16,518 nucleotides of DNA from Vulcanimicrobiaceae bacterium (GTDB lineage: Bacteria > Vulcanimicrobiota > Vulcanimicrobiia > Vulcanimicrobiales > Vulcanimicrobiaceae). The position numbers were made by a program, and so were the translations under genes. Numbering within the stretch: the first letter of the stretch is position 1; every line of letters begins with the position of its first letter. The stretch spans positions 39,698-56,215 of the forward strand of contig JBHEMM010000014.1 of NCBI GenBank assembly GCA_046262595.1, in the 5' to 3' direction. Positions 8,009 to 15,860 of this stretch are shown one piece after another. Below the pieces are notes generated by a model. That model was not told the origin of the DNA and did not search any database. It was given only the letters and a program-made list of their open reading frames with translations.

Positions 8009-8158
8009 GTGGCAGCTGAAGCCTATTGTGTGAAGTGCAAGTCGAAGCGTCAGATCAAAGACGCGGTGCAAATTACGATGAAGAACGGGCGCCCCGCAAC
8101 CGAGGGCAAATGCCCGGAGTGCGGCACCAAAATGTTCAAAATCGGAGCGGCGACCTAA
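8009..8158 (+). CDS. 49-aa basic zinc-ribbon protein, DUF5679-like (absent from the ORF track)
   Basis: Manual translation: MAAEAYCVKCKSKRQIKDAVQITMKNGRPATEGKCPECGTKMFKIGAAT*. SD GGAGGAG at 7997-8003, GTG start, two CxxC pairs, TAA inside a terminator loop. Confidence 0.88.
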   Translation: MAAEAYCVKCKSKRQIKDAVQITMKNGRPATEGKCPECGTKMFKIGAAT

Positions 8159-8178
8159 GGGTCGCCGCCCCTTTTTTT
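8147..8178 (+). terminator. Rho-independent terminator after the zinc-ribbon gene
   Basis: Perfect 9-bp stem GCGGCGACC (8147-8155) / GGTCGCCGC (8160-8168), TAAG loop, then CCC and T7. Confidence 0.85.
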
Positions 8179-8206
8179 GCGCCGAGCACCTCTAGTGGTC
8201 TATAAT
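8177..8206 (+). promoter_or_regulatory. Sigma70-type promoter of the nrdR operon
   Basis: TTGCGC (8177-8182), 18-nt spacer, perfect TATAAT (8201-8206), 30 nt before the nrdR ATG. Confidence 0.7.
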
Positions 8207-8230
8207 AGCCGTACCCACAATATGTGCCAG
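8183..8230. promoter_or_regulatory. Putative tandem degenerate NrdR boxes
   Basis: CGAGCACCTCTAGTGG (8183-8198) and CCACAATATGTGCCAG (8215-8230) match acaCwAtATaTwGtgt at 8/16 and 9/16 positions, start 32 bp apart, flank the -10 and lie directly upstream of nrdR. Confidence 0.5.
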
Positions 8231-8236
8231 CTTTAA

Positions 8237-8689
8237 ATGAACTGTCCAACCTGCCGCAAGAGCGAGACGCGCGTCGTCGATTCCCGTGATGACGAGAACG
8301 TCGTCCGCCGCCGGCGCGAGTGTCTCGACCAGCGCTGCAAACACCGCTTTACGACGTACGAACGGATGGAAGCTCCGCGCCTATTCGTCGTGAAGAAAGA
8401 CGGACGCCGTGAGCAGTTCAACCGTGAGAAGATTTTAGGCGGCTTGCGCCGCGCGTGCGAGAAGCGTCCGGTGTCCGAGAGCCAGATGGACGCCGTCGCC
8501 GCCGATTTGGAGCGCGATCTGTTCGCCCGCGGCGAGAGCGAAGTGCCCTCGACGACCATCGGCGAGAAGCTCATGGAAGCACTGCGCAATTTGGACAAGA
8601 TCGCCTACATCCGCTTCGCCAGTGTTTACCGCCAATTTCGCGACGTGGAAAGCTTCCAAGAAGAGTTATCCGCACTCCTTACTAAGTAG
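8237..8689 (+). CDS. nrdR: Transcriptional repressor NrdR
   Basis: CPTC...VVDSR...RRRREC...C..RFTTYE zinc ribbon, [14 protein letters not shown]-cone, AYIRFASVY. Confidence 0.97.
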   Translation: MNCPTCRKSETRVVDSRDDENVVRRRRECLDQRCKHRFTTYERMEAPRLFVVKKDGRREQFNREKILGGLRRACEKRPVSESQMDAVAADLERDLFARGESEVPSTTIGEKLMEALRNLDKIAYIRFASVYRQFRDVESFQEELSALLTK

Positions 8690-8697
8690 GGCCGCCC

Positions 8698-9156
8698 ATG
8701 CCCGAACTTCGTCCGGTCCTCATTCAGCGTCTTCCCGAAGGCCGCGGCTTACCGCTCCCGGCGTATATGAGCGACCATGCAGCCGGCGCAGACATTTGTG
8801 CCGCCGTGTCCGATCCGCTCGTGCTCCAGCCCGGGGAACGGGCGTTGATTCCCGCCGGCTTCGCGATCGCGGTGCCGCAAGGCTATGAGGCGCAGATCCG
8901 CCCGCGCAGCGGCGTTGCACTGCGCAGCGGCGTGACCTGTTTGAACTCCCCCGGCACGATCGATGCCGATTACCGCGGCGGCGTGGGCGTCATCCTCGTG
9001 AACTTGGGCAGCGAGGCGTTCACCGTTTCCCGCGGCGACCGCATCGCGCAGCTCGTTCTTGCACCGGTTGTGCGTGCGATGTTCGATCTCGTGGATGAAT
9101 TGCCGGGCACACAGCGCGCGGGCGGCGGCTTCGGCTCGACCGGACACGCGTCGTGA
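8698..9156 (+). CDS. dut: dUTP diphosphatase (trimeric dUTPase)
   Basis: All five motifs: [35 protein letters not shown]. Confidence 0.96.
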   Translation: MPELRPVLIQRLPEGRGLPLPAYMSDHAAGADICAAVSDPLVLQPGERALIPAGFAIAVPQGYEAQIRPRSGVALRSGVTCLNSPGTIDADYRGGVGVILVNLGSEAFTVSRGDRIAQLVLAPVVRAMFDLVDELPGTQRAGGGFGSTGHAS

Positions 9157-10136
9157 AGGTTTATATCGTCGGCGCGGGCGCGGTCGGAACGTATCTGGGC
9201 GACGCGCTGCAGTCGGTGAATCTGCAGGTCGTCTACGCTCCGCGCGACCTGGACGCCGTGCAGCCCTTCGACGCGGACTTGGCGATCGTCGCGGTAAAAG
9301 CGTACGACACCGAGGGCGCCGTCACCACGCTGCGCAAGGCGATTGCCTACCCGGAAAAATGCGTCTTCATGACTCCGCAAAACGGCGTGGGGAACGAAGA
9401 ACGCCTCGCGGATGCCTTCGGCGCGGACAACACCGTGGCCGCGGCGCTCACTACGCCTGTCGACCGTAGTTTGGCGCTTGACGGCCGCGGCAAAGCGGCC
9501 GCGCGCGAGGGCGGCCTGGCGCTCGCGCCGTTGGGCAAGAACGCCTACAACTGGCTCGTCGCGACGTTCGCGAGTGCGGGATTGAAAACGAACACCGTGT
9601 CCGATTGGCGCACGCTCAAATGGAGCAAGCTCGCGCTCAACGTCGTTGCGAACGCGAGCTGCGCCATCCTGAACGTGCTTCCCAACCGCCTCGTGCACTT
9701 CGATGAGATCTTCACGCTCGAGATTCGCGCAATTCGCGAGGTGCGTGCGGTAATGAGCGCCATGGGTCTGACGCCGATCGATCTGCCGCGCTACCCCGTG
9801 CGAGCGCTGCAAGCCATTGCAACGCTTCCCAGCCCGATAGCACGGCGTCTGCTCACCGGACGCGTAGCGGGCGCGCGCGGCACGAAGCCGCCTTCACTCT
9901 TGCTCGACTTGCGCGCCGGAAAGGCGCAGACGGAAGTAGACTTTCTCAACGGCTCCGTCGCCTCAGCGGCGCGCGAACACGGCATCCCGGCACCCGTCAA
10001 TTCCGTTTATGCGCGCGTGCTCGACGACATCGCCCATATGCCGCAATTGTGGGCGAAATATCGCGAGCGCCCTGATACGCTTGCCGCAGAGGTAGACGCC
10101 GAGGTCAAACGCGTCAAAGCGCTTTCAAGGGGGTAG
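9153..10136 (+). CDS. Ketopantoate reductase (PanE/ApbA) family protein
   Basis: [29 protein letters not shown]...V, SLL.DL..G...[15 protein letters not shown] start overlaps the dut stop (GTGA). Confidence 0.85.
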   Translation: MKVYIVGAGAVGTYLGDALQSVNLQVVYAPRDLDAVQPFDADLAIVAVKAYDTEGAVTTLRKAIAYPEKCVFMTPQNGVGNEERLADAFGADNTVAAALTTPVDRSLALDGRGKAAAREGGLALAPLGKNAYNWLVATFASAGLKTNTVSDWRTLKWSKLALNVVANASCAILNVLPNRLVHFDEIFTLEIRAIREVRAVMSAMGLTPIDLPRYPVRALQAIATLPSPIARRLLTGRVAGARGTKPPSLLLDLRAGKAQTEVDFLNGSVASAAREHGIPAPVNSVYARVLDDIAHMPQLWAKYRERPDTLAAEVDAEVKRVKALSRG

Positions 10137-10140
10137 TGCC

Positions 10141-10989
10141 GTGCGTCATCCGGACGTAAACGAAACGATCGAGGGTTGGTGGATCCTGCACCGCATGTTC
10201 GCTTTCGACCGCCGGCGCTGGTCGCGCGAGCCGCGAGAGGCGCAAGCGCGCATCCTGCACGAAGCGCTCGCCGTGCTGCAATCTTTGAAGGGCAGCGAAG
10301 ACGCTGACGTCGGCCTCGTACAGATGCTCGGCCACAAAGGTGACTTGATGTTCACCCACTATGCGCGCCGGTACGACGGCCTCGCCCAGGCGCAGATACA
10401 GCTTGACGCGTGCGAGCTCGTGGATTTTCTGGAGCCGCGTGATTCGTACACATCGGTTCTGGAACTCGGCCTGTACGAGGCGACCGGTAAAATGCATGCA
10501 GCGCTTCAAGAGCGCGGCCTCAAGCGCTTCACGCCGGAATGGAACGAGCAATTCGATGCACTCGTGGCCGAACAGGAACGCCACCCGCGCAACGCCGGGC
10601 GTCTGTGGGCGCGCATTCCGCAGCGGCGCTACGCCTGCTTTTACCCGATGGATAAGCGCCGGGAGGGCGCCGACAACTGGTACTCGCTGCCATTCGCGCA
10701 GCGGGCCGCGTTGATGGCGGAACATGGAAAAATCGGCCGCACCTACCATGGTCAGGTGACGCAGGTCATCTCCGGCTCCATCGGCTACGACGACTACGAA
10801 TGGGGCGTCGACCTTTACGCCGGCGATCCGCTGGTCTTTAAAAAGCTTATTTATGAGATGCGTTTTGACGAAGCAAGCGCCCGGTATGCCGCTTTTGGGC
10901 CGTTCGTGAGCGGGCTCCAGTTCCCGGTCGAAGGCCTCGAACATTTTGCCGCCGGCGCCGAGATGCCCGCATTGCCGGGCGACGCTTAA
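10141..10989 (+). CDS. hemQ: Coproheme decarboxylase ChdC/HemQ (chlorite-dismutase-like family)
   Basis: EGW..LH, GHKGDL, SY.SV.ELGLY, CFYPMDKRR...NWY.L, LM.EHG.IGR.Y (proximal His), Q.I.GSIG.DD.EWGVDL, FKKLIYEMRFDE.SARY. Confidence 0.88.
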   Translation: MRHPDVNETIEGWWILHRMFAFDRRRWSREPREAQARILHEALAVLQSLKGSEDADVGLVQMLGHKGDLMFTHYARRYDGLAQAQIQLDACELVDFLEPRDSYTSVLELGLYEATGKMHAALQERGLKRFTPEWNEQFDALVAEQERHPRNAGRLWARIPQRRYACFYPMDKRREGADNWYSLPFAQRAALMAEHGKIGRTYHGQVTQVISGSIGYDDYEWGVDLYAGDPLVFKKLIYEMRFDEASARYAAFGPFVSGLQFPVEGLEHFAAGAEMPALPGDA

Positions 10990-11011
10990 CGGCCAAGCGG
11001 CCCGCCCCCGC

Positions 11012-11041
11012 TTTACTGGACCCTTCCCTATAGGGTATAAC
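11012..11041 (+). promoter_or_regulatory. Putative promoter of the MEDS gene with a palindrome in the spacer
   Basis: TTTACT (11012-11017), 18 nt, TATAAC (11036-11041); perfect palindrome CCCTATAGGG at 11026-11035. Confidence 0.45.
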
Positions 11042-11048
11042 GATAGGG

Positions 11049-11546
11049 TTGCACTACCCCCATATCGCTCAATTTGCCGGTTCGAATGACGACACGCTCA
11101 TAGAGCGTGTCGCGCAGTATTTCCGTCAGGGGCTCGAGCGCAACGCCGTCGGCATTCTGATCACGAATGAGGAGCGGCGCAGTAAGATTCTCGAACTGCT
11201 GCCCGAGACGGACGCAATCACGTGTTACGATGCCCGCGAAACGCTCGGCAAATTCATACGCGGCGGCAAAGTGCATCCGGCGTCGTTCGATGCGGTCGTC
11301 GGCCACGCGGTGCGTGAGGCGATGAGCGTCGCGCGCGGCCGGCCGATTTACGCTTACGGCGATATGGTCGGCGAGCTTTGGGGGACGGGTAAACGGCAAA
11401 CGGCCGCCGACCTCGAGTGGTTTTGGAACGATCTGGGTTCGCAGATTCCGTTCACGCTCTATTGCGGTTATCCGATCGATCCGCAAGACAGTGCGCAGGC
11501 CGACGTGCAGATGATCGCCGATCTGCATTCCTCTATCGTCGCCTAG
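11049..11546 (+). CDS. Stand-alone MEDS (DcmR-type sensory) domain protein
   Basis: HIAQF near the N-terminus, YF..GL, DA.ETL..F..G, YGDMV..LW..G...A..LE..WNDL, F.LYCGYP and terminal H: MEDS pattern. The start codon (TTG) is uncertain. Confidence 0.8.
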   Translation: MHYPHIAQFAGSNDDTLIERVAQYFRQGLERNAVGILITNEERRSKILELLPETDAITCYDARETLGKFIRGGKVHPASFDAVVGHAVREAMSVARGRPIYAYGDMVGELWGTGKRQTAADLEWFWNDLGSQIPFTLYCGYPIDPQDSAQADVQMIADLHSSIVA

Positions 11547-11586
11547 CCGCACGCCACACCGCGGCTGCGTGAAGTAGTCCTCCGTC

Positions 11587-11775
11587 ATGAAGCTGCTGTT
11601 CGAAATTTTGCTCTCAATCTTTTTGCATCCGATTGCAATGATTTTGATGTGGATCGATCTCGCGCGCCGGCAAACTATCGACACCAATCGGAAGTTGATT
11701 TGGTTCGTCGTGAGTTTGATCTGGGGCTTAGGGCCTATTTTGTATATGCTCGTCGATGGCGGAGCGTTGTGGTAG
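11587..11775 (+). CDS. Small membrane protein, PLDc_N-like
   Basis: Two hydrophobic segments separated by D..RR......K..W, ending GPILY, which is the PLDc_N pattern. Confidence 0.65.
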   Translation: MKLLFEILLSIFLHPIAMILMWIDLARRQTIDTNRKLIWFVVSLIWGLGPILYMLVDGGALW

Positions 11776-11823
11776 CGCAGTAGCGTGCGTGCGGCAGGCA
11801 GCGACTACGGTGCGCCGCCTGGG

Positions 11824-11845
11824 TACAATCTGAAACGCAAAGGAG
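11824..11845 (+). promoter_or_regulatory. Putative -10 element and SD of the secreted-protein gene
   Basis: TACAAT at 11824-11829; AAAGGAG at 11839-11845, 7 nt before the TTG. Confidence 0.45.
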
Positions 11846-11852
11846 ACGAACC

Positions 11853-12221
11853 TTGAAATACTTCTACGCTTTATTGGCTTGCTTTCTCTGCGCCGGCCCG
11901 GCCCTGGCGCAAACGGCGCCGGCTTCACCACCCGCCGGCGCGTACGTCGACACAAGCTGCGGGTCGTGGCAGAACGACGTGTGGGTCGACAACGGAACGT
12001 GTACGGCGTACGTCACGGTGGTGCGGCACGATAGCCTGACGGGGACGATCACCAGCGTTCAGGGCCACCTGGTAACGCTGCAGCAGACGAACCGCCAGGT
12101 CGTCGTCAACGACCAGCCGGCGCTCGACCGTCAGCAGACCGGTAAGGTGGCCAAAGGACGTCAAGTGGTTGCCTACGGATACTGGCTGCACGGCACATTC
12201 TACGCGACGGCTATTTACTAA
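11853..12221 (+). CDS. Secreted hypothetical protein, possible C-terminal OB-like beta barrel
   Basis: Strong SD; Sec signal MKYFYALLACFLCAGPALA; Pro/Ala linker; C-GSW-x4-W-x5-C motif; beta-rich GTITSVQG..VTL...G.V..G..V...G segment. Confidence 0.7.
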   Translation: MKYFYALLACFLCAGPALAQTAPASPPAGAYVDTSCGSWQNDVWVDNGTCTAYVTVVRHDSLTGTITSVQGHLVTLQQTNRQVVVNDQPALDRQQTGKVAKGRQVVAYGYWLHGTFYATAIY

Positions 12222-12233
12222 AAACAGCTCCTG

Positions 12234-12277
12234 CGAAGAAGAACGAAAGGCGCACGCTTACACAGCGGCGCCTTTCG
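12234..12277. terminator. Probable bidirectional terminator between convergent genes
   Basis: CGAAAGGCGC (12244-12253) / GCGCCTTTCG (12268-12277), plus inner CGCT/AGCG pairs with one bulge. On the minus strand it is followed by TTCTTCTT. Confidence 0.65.
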
Positions 12278-12287
12278 CATCTTGGCG

Positions 12288-15200
12288 CTAATGCGGCGGA
12301 ATGACGACCGAATACGGGCTCGTCGAGCCGGTCGAGAGGGGCTTTCCAACGCGTCCTGTCGCCACGTTGACGGGCACGATCGCGCTGTCGCGGCGCAGGA
12401 TTACCCACGCCGTTTTTCCGTCTGCGGTGAACGCAATGCCGTACGGCGCCGCGCCGACGGCAATGTCGCGCGCGGTGCGCGCTGCAACGTTTATCGCGGT
12501 AATCGTGTCCGCCGAAAAATTGGAAACGTACGCCACGCGCCCGTCGGGAGAAATCGCCACCATTGAGGGGTCGAGTCCTGCATGGATGTCCGGCAATGGG
12601 CGCTGCGCGGCGAGATCGATCGGCGTAACGTCGTTCGAACCGGAGTTCGCGACCAGCGCGATCTTGCCGTCGGGAGTAATCGCGATGCCCGACGGATGCG
12701 CGCCCACCGCAATGTCGGTGCGGCGTTCGCCCGACGGCAGCGCGACCGGCGTGACGGTGTTGCCGTTTTGATTCGATACGTACAGCATGCGGCCATCGGG
12801 CGCGACGGCAATCCAGCGCGGATTCATGCCGACCGCTATCGGCTTGCCTGCCCGGCGCGTTGCAACGTCGATGGCTTGAATGGTGCTGTCGTCGTAATTT
12901 GCAACCCAGACCGTTTTGCCGTCGGGCGATACCGCCGTGCCGTTGGGCGACTGACCGACTTTTACAAACGTCACGGATTCGTTCGCCGTATCAACGATTG
13001 CGAGCGACTGCCCCGCACGGTCCGCGACGTACAAAAATCGTCCGTCCGGTGAAAAAACCGCATCGCGCGGTTCTTTGCCCGCCGCTAATGGTGTCCCGAT
13101 GCCGCGCGTGAGGGGATCGAAGGGCGTTACCGTGTCGTCGAAACGGTTCGCGATATATGCAAGGCGAGCAGGAACGCCGGGATCTTGCACGCTGATTGGA
13201 ATCTGCAGCGTCGGAAGTTTTGCGCCGTTCGCGGTTTGCGCGCTAACGCGCAGCGTCCAGAGCCCAGGCGTCGCATCGTTAATCTGCAGCATGAACGGCA
13301 GCGAGGCGGCCGTGCCGCTTGAAAGAACGACCGGCGCGCGGTGCGCGGGTTGCACGTTGAGCGGTGACGCAACGCTCGCATTCACGGTTACGCGTTCTTG
13401 ATGACCGCCCGGCGGGTTCGTCAGCGTGACGCTCACACCGTTTGCCGACTCGCGCGCCGCGGCGAGCTGCGGCGTTGTGGCGCTTAACGTCAGTGCGCTC
13501 GCCGCCGGAAAGCGTACGCTTCTCAAGGCGAATGAAGGCGGCGCGTCCTGCGGTGAGACACCCCAGCTTTCGGCCGGCTCATTGCCCAAAACGAAATCGA
13601 GCGTCGTCGTGCCTCGCAACGGAAGCGCAATCCAGGTTTTTTGCGAGGGCTGACCGTTTACGGAGAGCGCGCGCACGTAGGGCGCGGTGCCCGATGCTTG
13701 CGGCGCGCGAATATCAATGACCGGACCCTGCGGCGGGCGAATGGTCACGCGCGTGAAAAGCGGGCTGCCGACGTCGAGAATGCGCACGGAGGGATTCTGC
13801 GGATAGAGTCCCATCGCGCTCCACATGTACCACGCGCTCATCGTGCCCAGATCGTCGTTGCCGGGAATGCCGTGGGGCGTATCTGCGAACATCGTGGTGA
13901 GCGCTTGACGGACGATTTCCTGCGCGCGCCACGGTGCGCCGGCGCTCAAATACACCCACGGGCTGCCCAGCGTCGGTTCGTTGCCGAGCCACGCGTACGG
14001 CTTGTCCTGCCCGGCGTTGATTTGGGCGAAGAACGTATCGAGTTTTTGCCGTGCCGCCGCGCGGCCGCCCATCCCGGCGATCAAATCGCGGAGATCTTGC
14101 GGCACCATCCAGGTGTACTGCGCCGCGTTGCCTTCTTGAAATCCGCTTTGGCCGGCCGCCGTGATCGGCGTCTGCATGAATGCGCCGTCGGCATCGCGCG
14201 GCGCCACCAGGCCCGTTGCGGTATCGAAAAGGTTCGCCCAATTCGCCGAGCGCCGCATGAATGCGCGGTACGCGCTTGTGTTTGCGAGTGCGTGCGCAAA
14301 CTGTGCGATGGAGAAATCGTCGAGTGCGTATTCGAGCGTCTCGGAAGCGCCGTTCGGAACCGGCGAAACGGATGTCGTATGCGTGTTCACGATATAGCCG
14401 CGCCCAAGATACTCTGCGAGTTCCGGACGCTCCACATACCATCCGTCCGCAGCGCCTGCCCTCACGTCCGAGGCACCCTTCACCATCGCCGCTAGCGCGC
14501 CGCGCGTATCGAACGCGCGCGCGCCGAATGCATAGGCGCCGGCAATCACGGGATCGACGGAGTCGCCGCCCATCACGCTGGTCGCGCCGTTCACGAGCGC
14601 CCACCGCGGAAGATACACGTCTTGCTTCGCCGCGTCGACGAGCGATTGCATCATATCGCTCACTTCACGCGGCGCCACTAACGCCTGCAGGGGCACGAGG
14701 GTGCGGTAGATGTCCCAGTCCGAGAAGTTTGCGTATTCATGATGGCCGGCGCGCACACGGTGCACGCGGCCGTCGTAACCGCGATACCGCCCGTCCGCAT
14801 CGTCGAACACGTTCGGATGCAGCATCGCGTGGTAATACGCCGTGTAAAATTGCCGCTGATCCGCCGGCGTTCCGCCCGAGACGGCGATGCGGCCGAGCAC
14901 GTCTTCCCAAGCCGCGGCGGCTTGCGTGCGTACCGCGGCAATGTCCCAGCCGTGGCGGTCCGCCAGCAGATTCGCGCGCGCTCCCGCCGCATCGACAAAC
15001 GACAGACCGACGCGCACGTGCACCACCGACGACGGCGCGAACGTCACCCAGCCGCCGCTTGCGGCGCCTTGCACGCTCGCCGCTTGCGGACTGGCCTGCG
15101 CGCCCTCCCAGGTCCCGTACGAAGCGATCGGCGCGTCGAATTGCGCGTCGAAGTACACGCTGTACCGGTCGGGCATACCGCAGAAGCCGCCGGTATCGGC

Positions 15201-15776
15201 AAAACCGGTCACTTCGTGCGTTCCGACAACGGCAAAGCCGGCGTTGCGTACGCCGGCCTGATCGGAGGCGGCATTGAAGAGCAGATTCGCGGGAACGCTC
15301 GCGGGAAACGTGAACTGCGCGATTCCGGTGCGCTGCGTGACGGCGATCTCGGCGCGTATCGCCGGATTGCCGAGCGAGACGGCATACGATCCCGGCGAAG
15401 CGACTTCGGTTGCGTGTGCGAAGGGCTGCTTGGCATTCGCAGGATCGGCGATAGCGCCCGTCGTCGGCAGAATCCGGAAGTCACCGAAGACGCCGCATCC
15501 GGGGCCGCTCAAATGCGTAAGGCTGAAACCGGTGATGTCGTGGTCGTTGTATTCGTAGCCGCCGCCTGCATTCTGTGCCGGCGTGTCCGGACTCCACTGC
15601 ACCATGCCGAACGGCACATCCGCACCTGGGAAATCATCAATGACGTCGGAGCCGTCCGGCGTCGTGGACGTTCCGAGAAACGTATCCACGAGCGAGATCG
15701 CGTTCTGCGCTCGGATGGGCGAGGGCAGCAAAACCGCGAGCACCGCGAACAAGACGGGGAAAAAGCGCTTGTGCAT
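12288..15776 (-). CDS. Secreted GH92 alpha-mannosidase with an Ig-like domain and a C-terminal YVTN/YncE beta-propeller
   Basis: Signal peptide; PGA.VPFGMVQWSPDT, GFSLTHLSG.GC, FYTA.YH, WDIYRT, S.TLEYA.DD, FQEGN, W.VPQD, GNEP and PGNDD.G.MSAW GH92 motifs; seven propeller repeats at the C-terminus. Confidence 0.93.
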   Translation of the reverse strand: MHKRFFPVLFAVLAVLLPSPIRAQNAISLVDTFLGTSTTPDGSDVIDDFPGADVPFGMVQWSPDTPAQNAGGGYEYNDHDITGFSLTHLSGPGCGVFGDFRILPTTGAIADPANAKQPFAHATEVASPGSYAVSLGNPAIRAEIAVTQRTGIAQFTFPASVPANLLFNAASDQAGVRNAGFAVVGTHEVTGFADTGGFCGMPDRYSVYFDAQFDAPIASYGTWEGAQASPQAASVQGAASGGWVTFAPSSVVHVRVGLSFVDAAGARANLLADRHGWDIAAVRTQAAAAWEDVLGRIAVSGGTPADQRQFYTAYYHAMLHPNVFDDADGRYRGYDGRVHRVRAGHHEYANFSDWDIYRTLVPLQALVAPREVSDMMQSLVDAAKQDVYLPRWALVNGATSVMGGDSVDPVIAGAYAFGARAFDTRGALAAMVKGASDVRAGAADGWYVERPELAEYLGRGYIVNTHTTSVSPVPNGASETLEYALDDFSIAQFAHALANTSAYRAFMRRSANWANLFDTATGLVAPRDADGAFMQTPITAAGQSGFQEGNAAQYTWMVPQDLRDLIAGMGGRAAARQKLDTFFAQINAGQDKPYAWLGNEPTLGSPWVYLSAGAPWRAQEIVRQALTTMFADTPHGIPGNDDLGTMSAWYMWSAMGLYPQNPSVRILDVGSPLFTRVTIRPPQGPVIDIRAPQASGTAPYVRALSVNGQPSQKTWIALPLRGTTTLDFVLGNEPAESWGVSPQDAPPSFALRSVRFPAASALTLSATTPQLAAARESANGVSVTLTNPPGGHQERVTVNASVASPLNVQPAHRAPVVLSSGTAASLPFMLQINDATPGLWTLRVSAQTANGAKLPTLQIPISVQDPGVPARLAYIANRFDDTVTPFDPLTRGIGTPLAAGKEPRDAVFSPDGRFLYVADRAGQSLAIVDTANESVTFVKVGQSPNGTAVSPDGKTVWVANYDDSTIQAIDVATRRAGKPIAVGMNPRWIAVAPDGRMLYVSNQNGNTVTPVALPSGERRTDIAVGAHPSGIAITPDGKIALVANSGSNDVTPIDLAAQRPLPDIHAGLDPSMVAISPDGRVAYVSNFSADTITAINVAARTARDIAVGAAPYGIAFTADGKTAWVILRRDSAIVPVNVATGRVGKPLSTGSTSPYSVVIPPH
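12291..13166 (-). repeat. Seven ~42-aa YVTN-type propeller repeats (protein-level repeat)
   Basis: Cores AYIAN, LYVAD, VWVAN, LYVSN, ALVAN, AYVSN and AWVIL, most preceded by VG..P..(I/V)A.(S/T)PDG. Confidence 0.85.
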
Positions 15777-15860
15777 GGGCCGGGAGGTTCTTGCCCGCCG
15801 CGGCTTTTCTTGCGCCGCCGCGCGTGCAAGACCGGCCGGCTTTACCGCGAGTATTCGGCG

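Noticed and set aside
11545..11566. Hairpin AGCCGC/GCGGCT after the MEDS gene
   Set aside because: Only a 6-bp stem with a 10-nt loop and no U-tract; too weak to call a terminator.
11776..11812. Imperfect inverted repeat (GTAG...CTAC) as a possible sRNA or riboswitch
   Set aside because: Several mismatches and no recognisable RNA family motif.
11853..11900. Lipobox (LLAC) in the secreted protein
   Set aside because: The Cys is at residue 10, too early; an A-L-A signal peptidase I site follows.
10990..12290. Lower-GC patch as a genomic island
   Set aside because: Explained by promoters and hydrophobic codons; no integrase, tRNA or flanking repeats.
12291..13166. Periodic sequence as a possible CRISPR array or tandem DNA repeat
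   Set aside because: Repeats are divergent at DNA level and explained by in-frame propeller blades.
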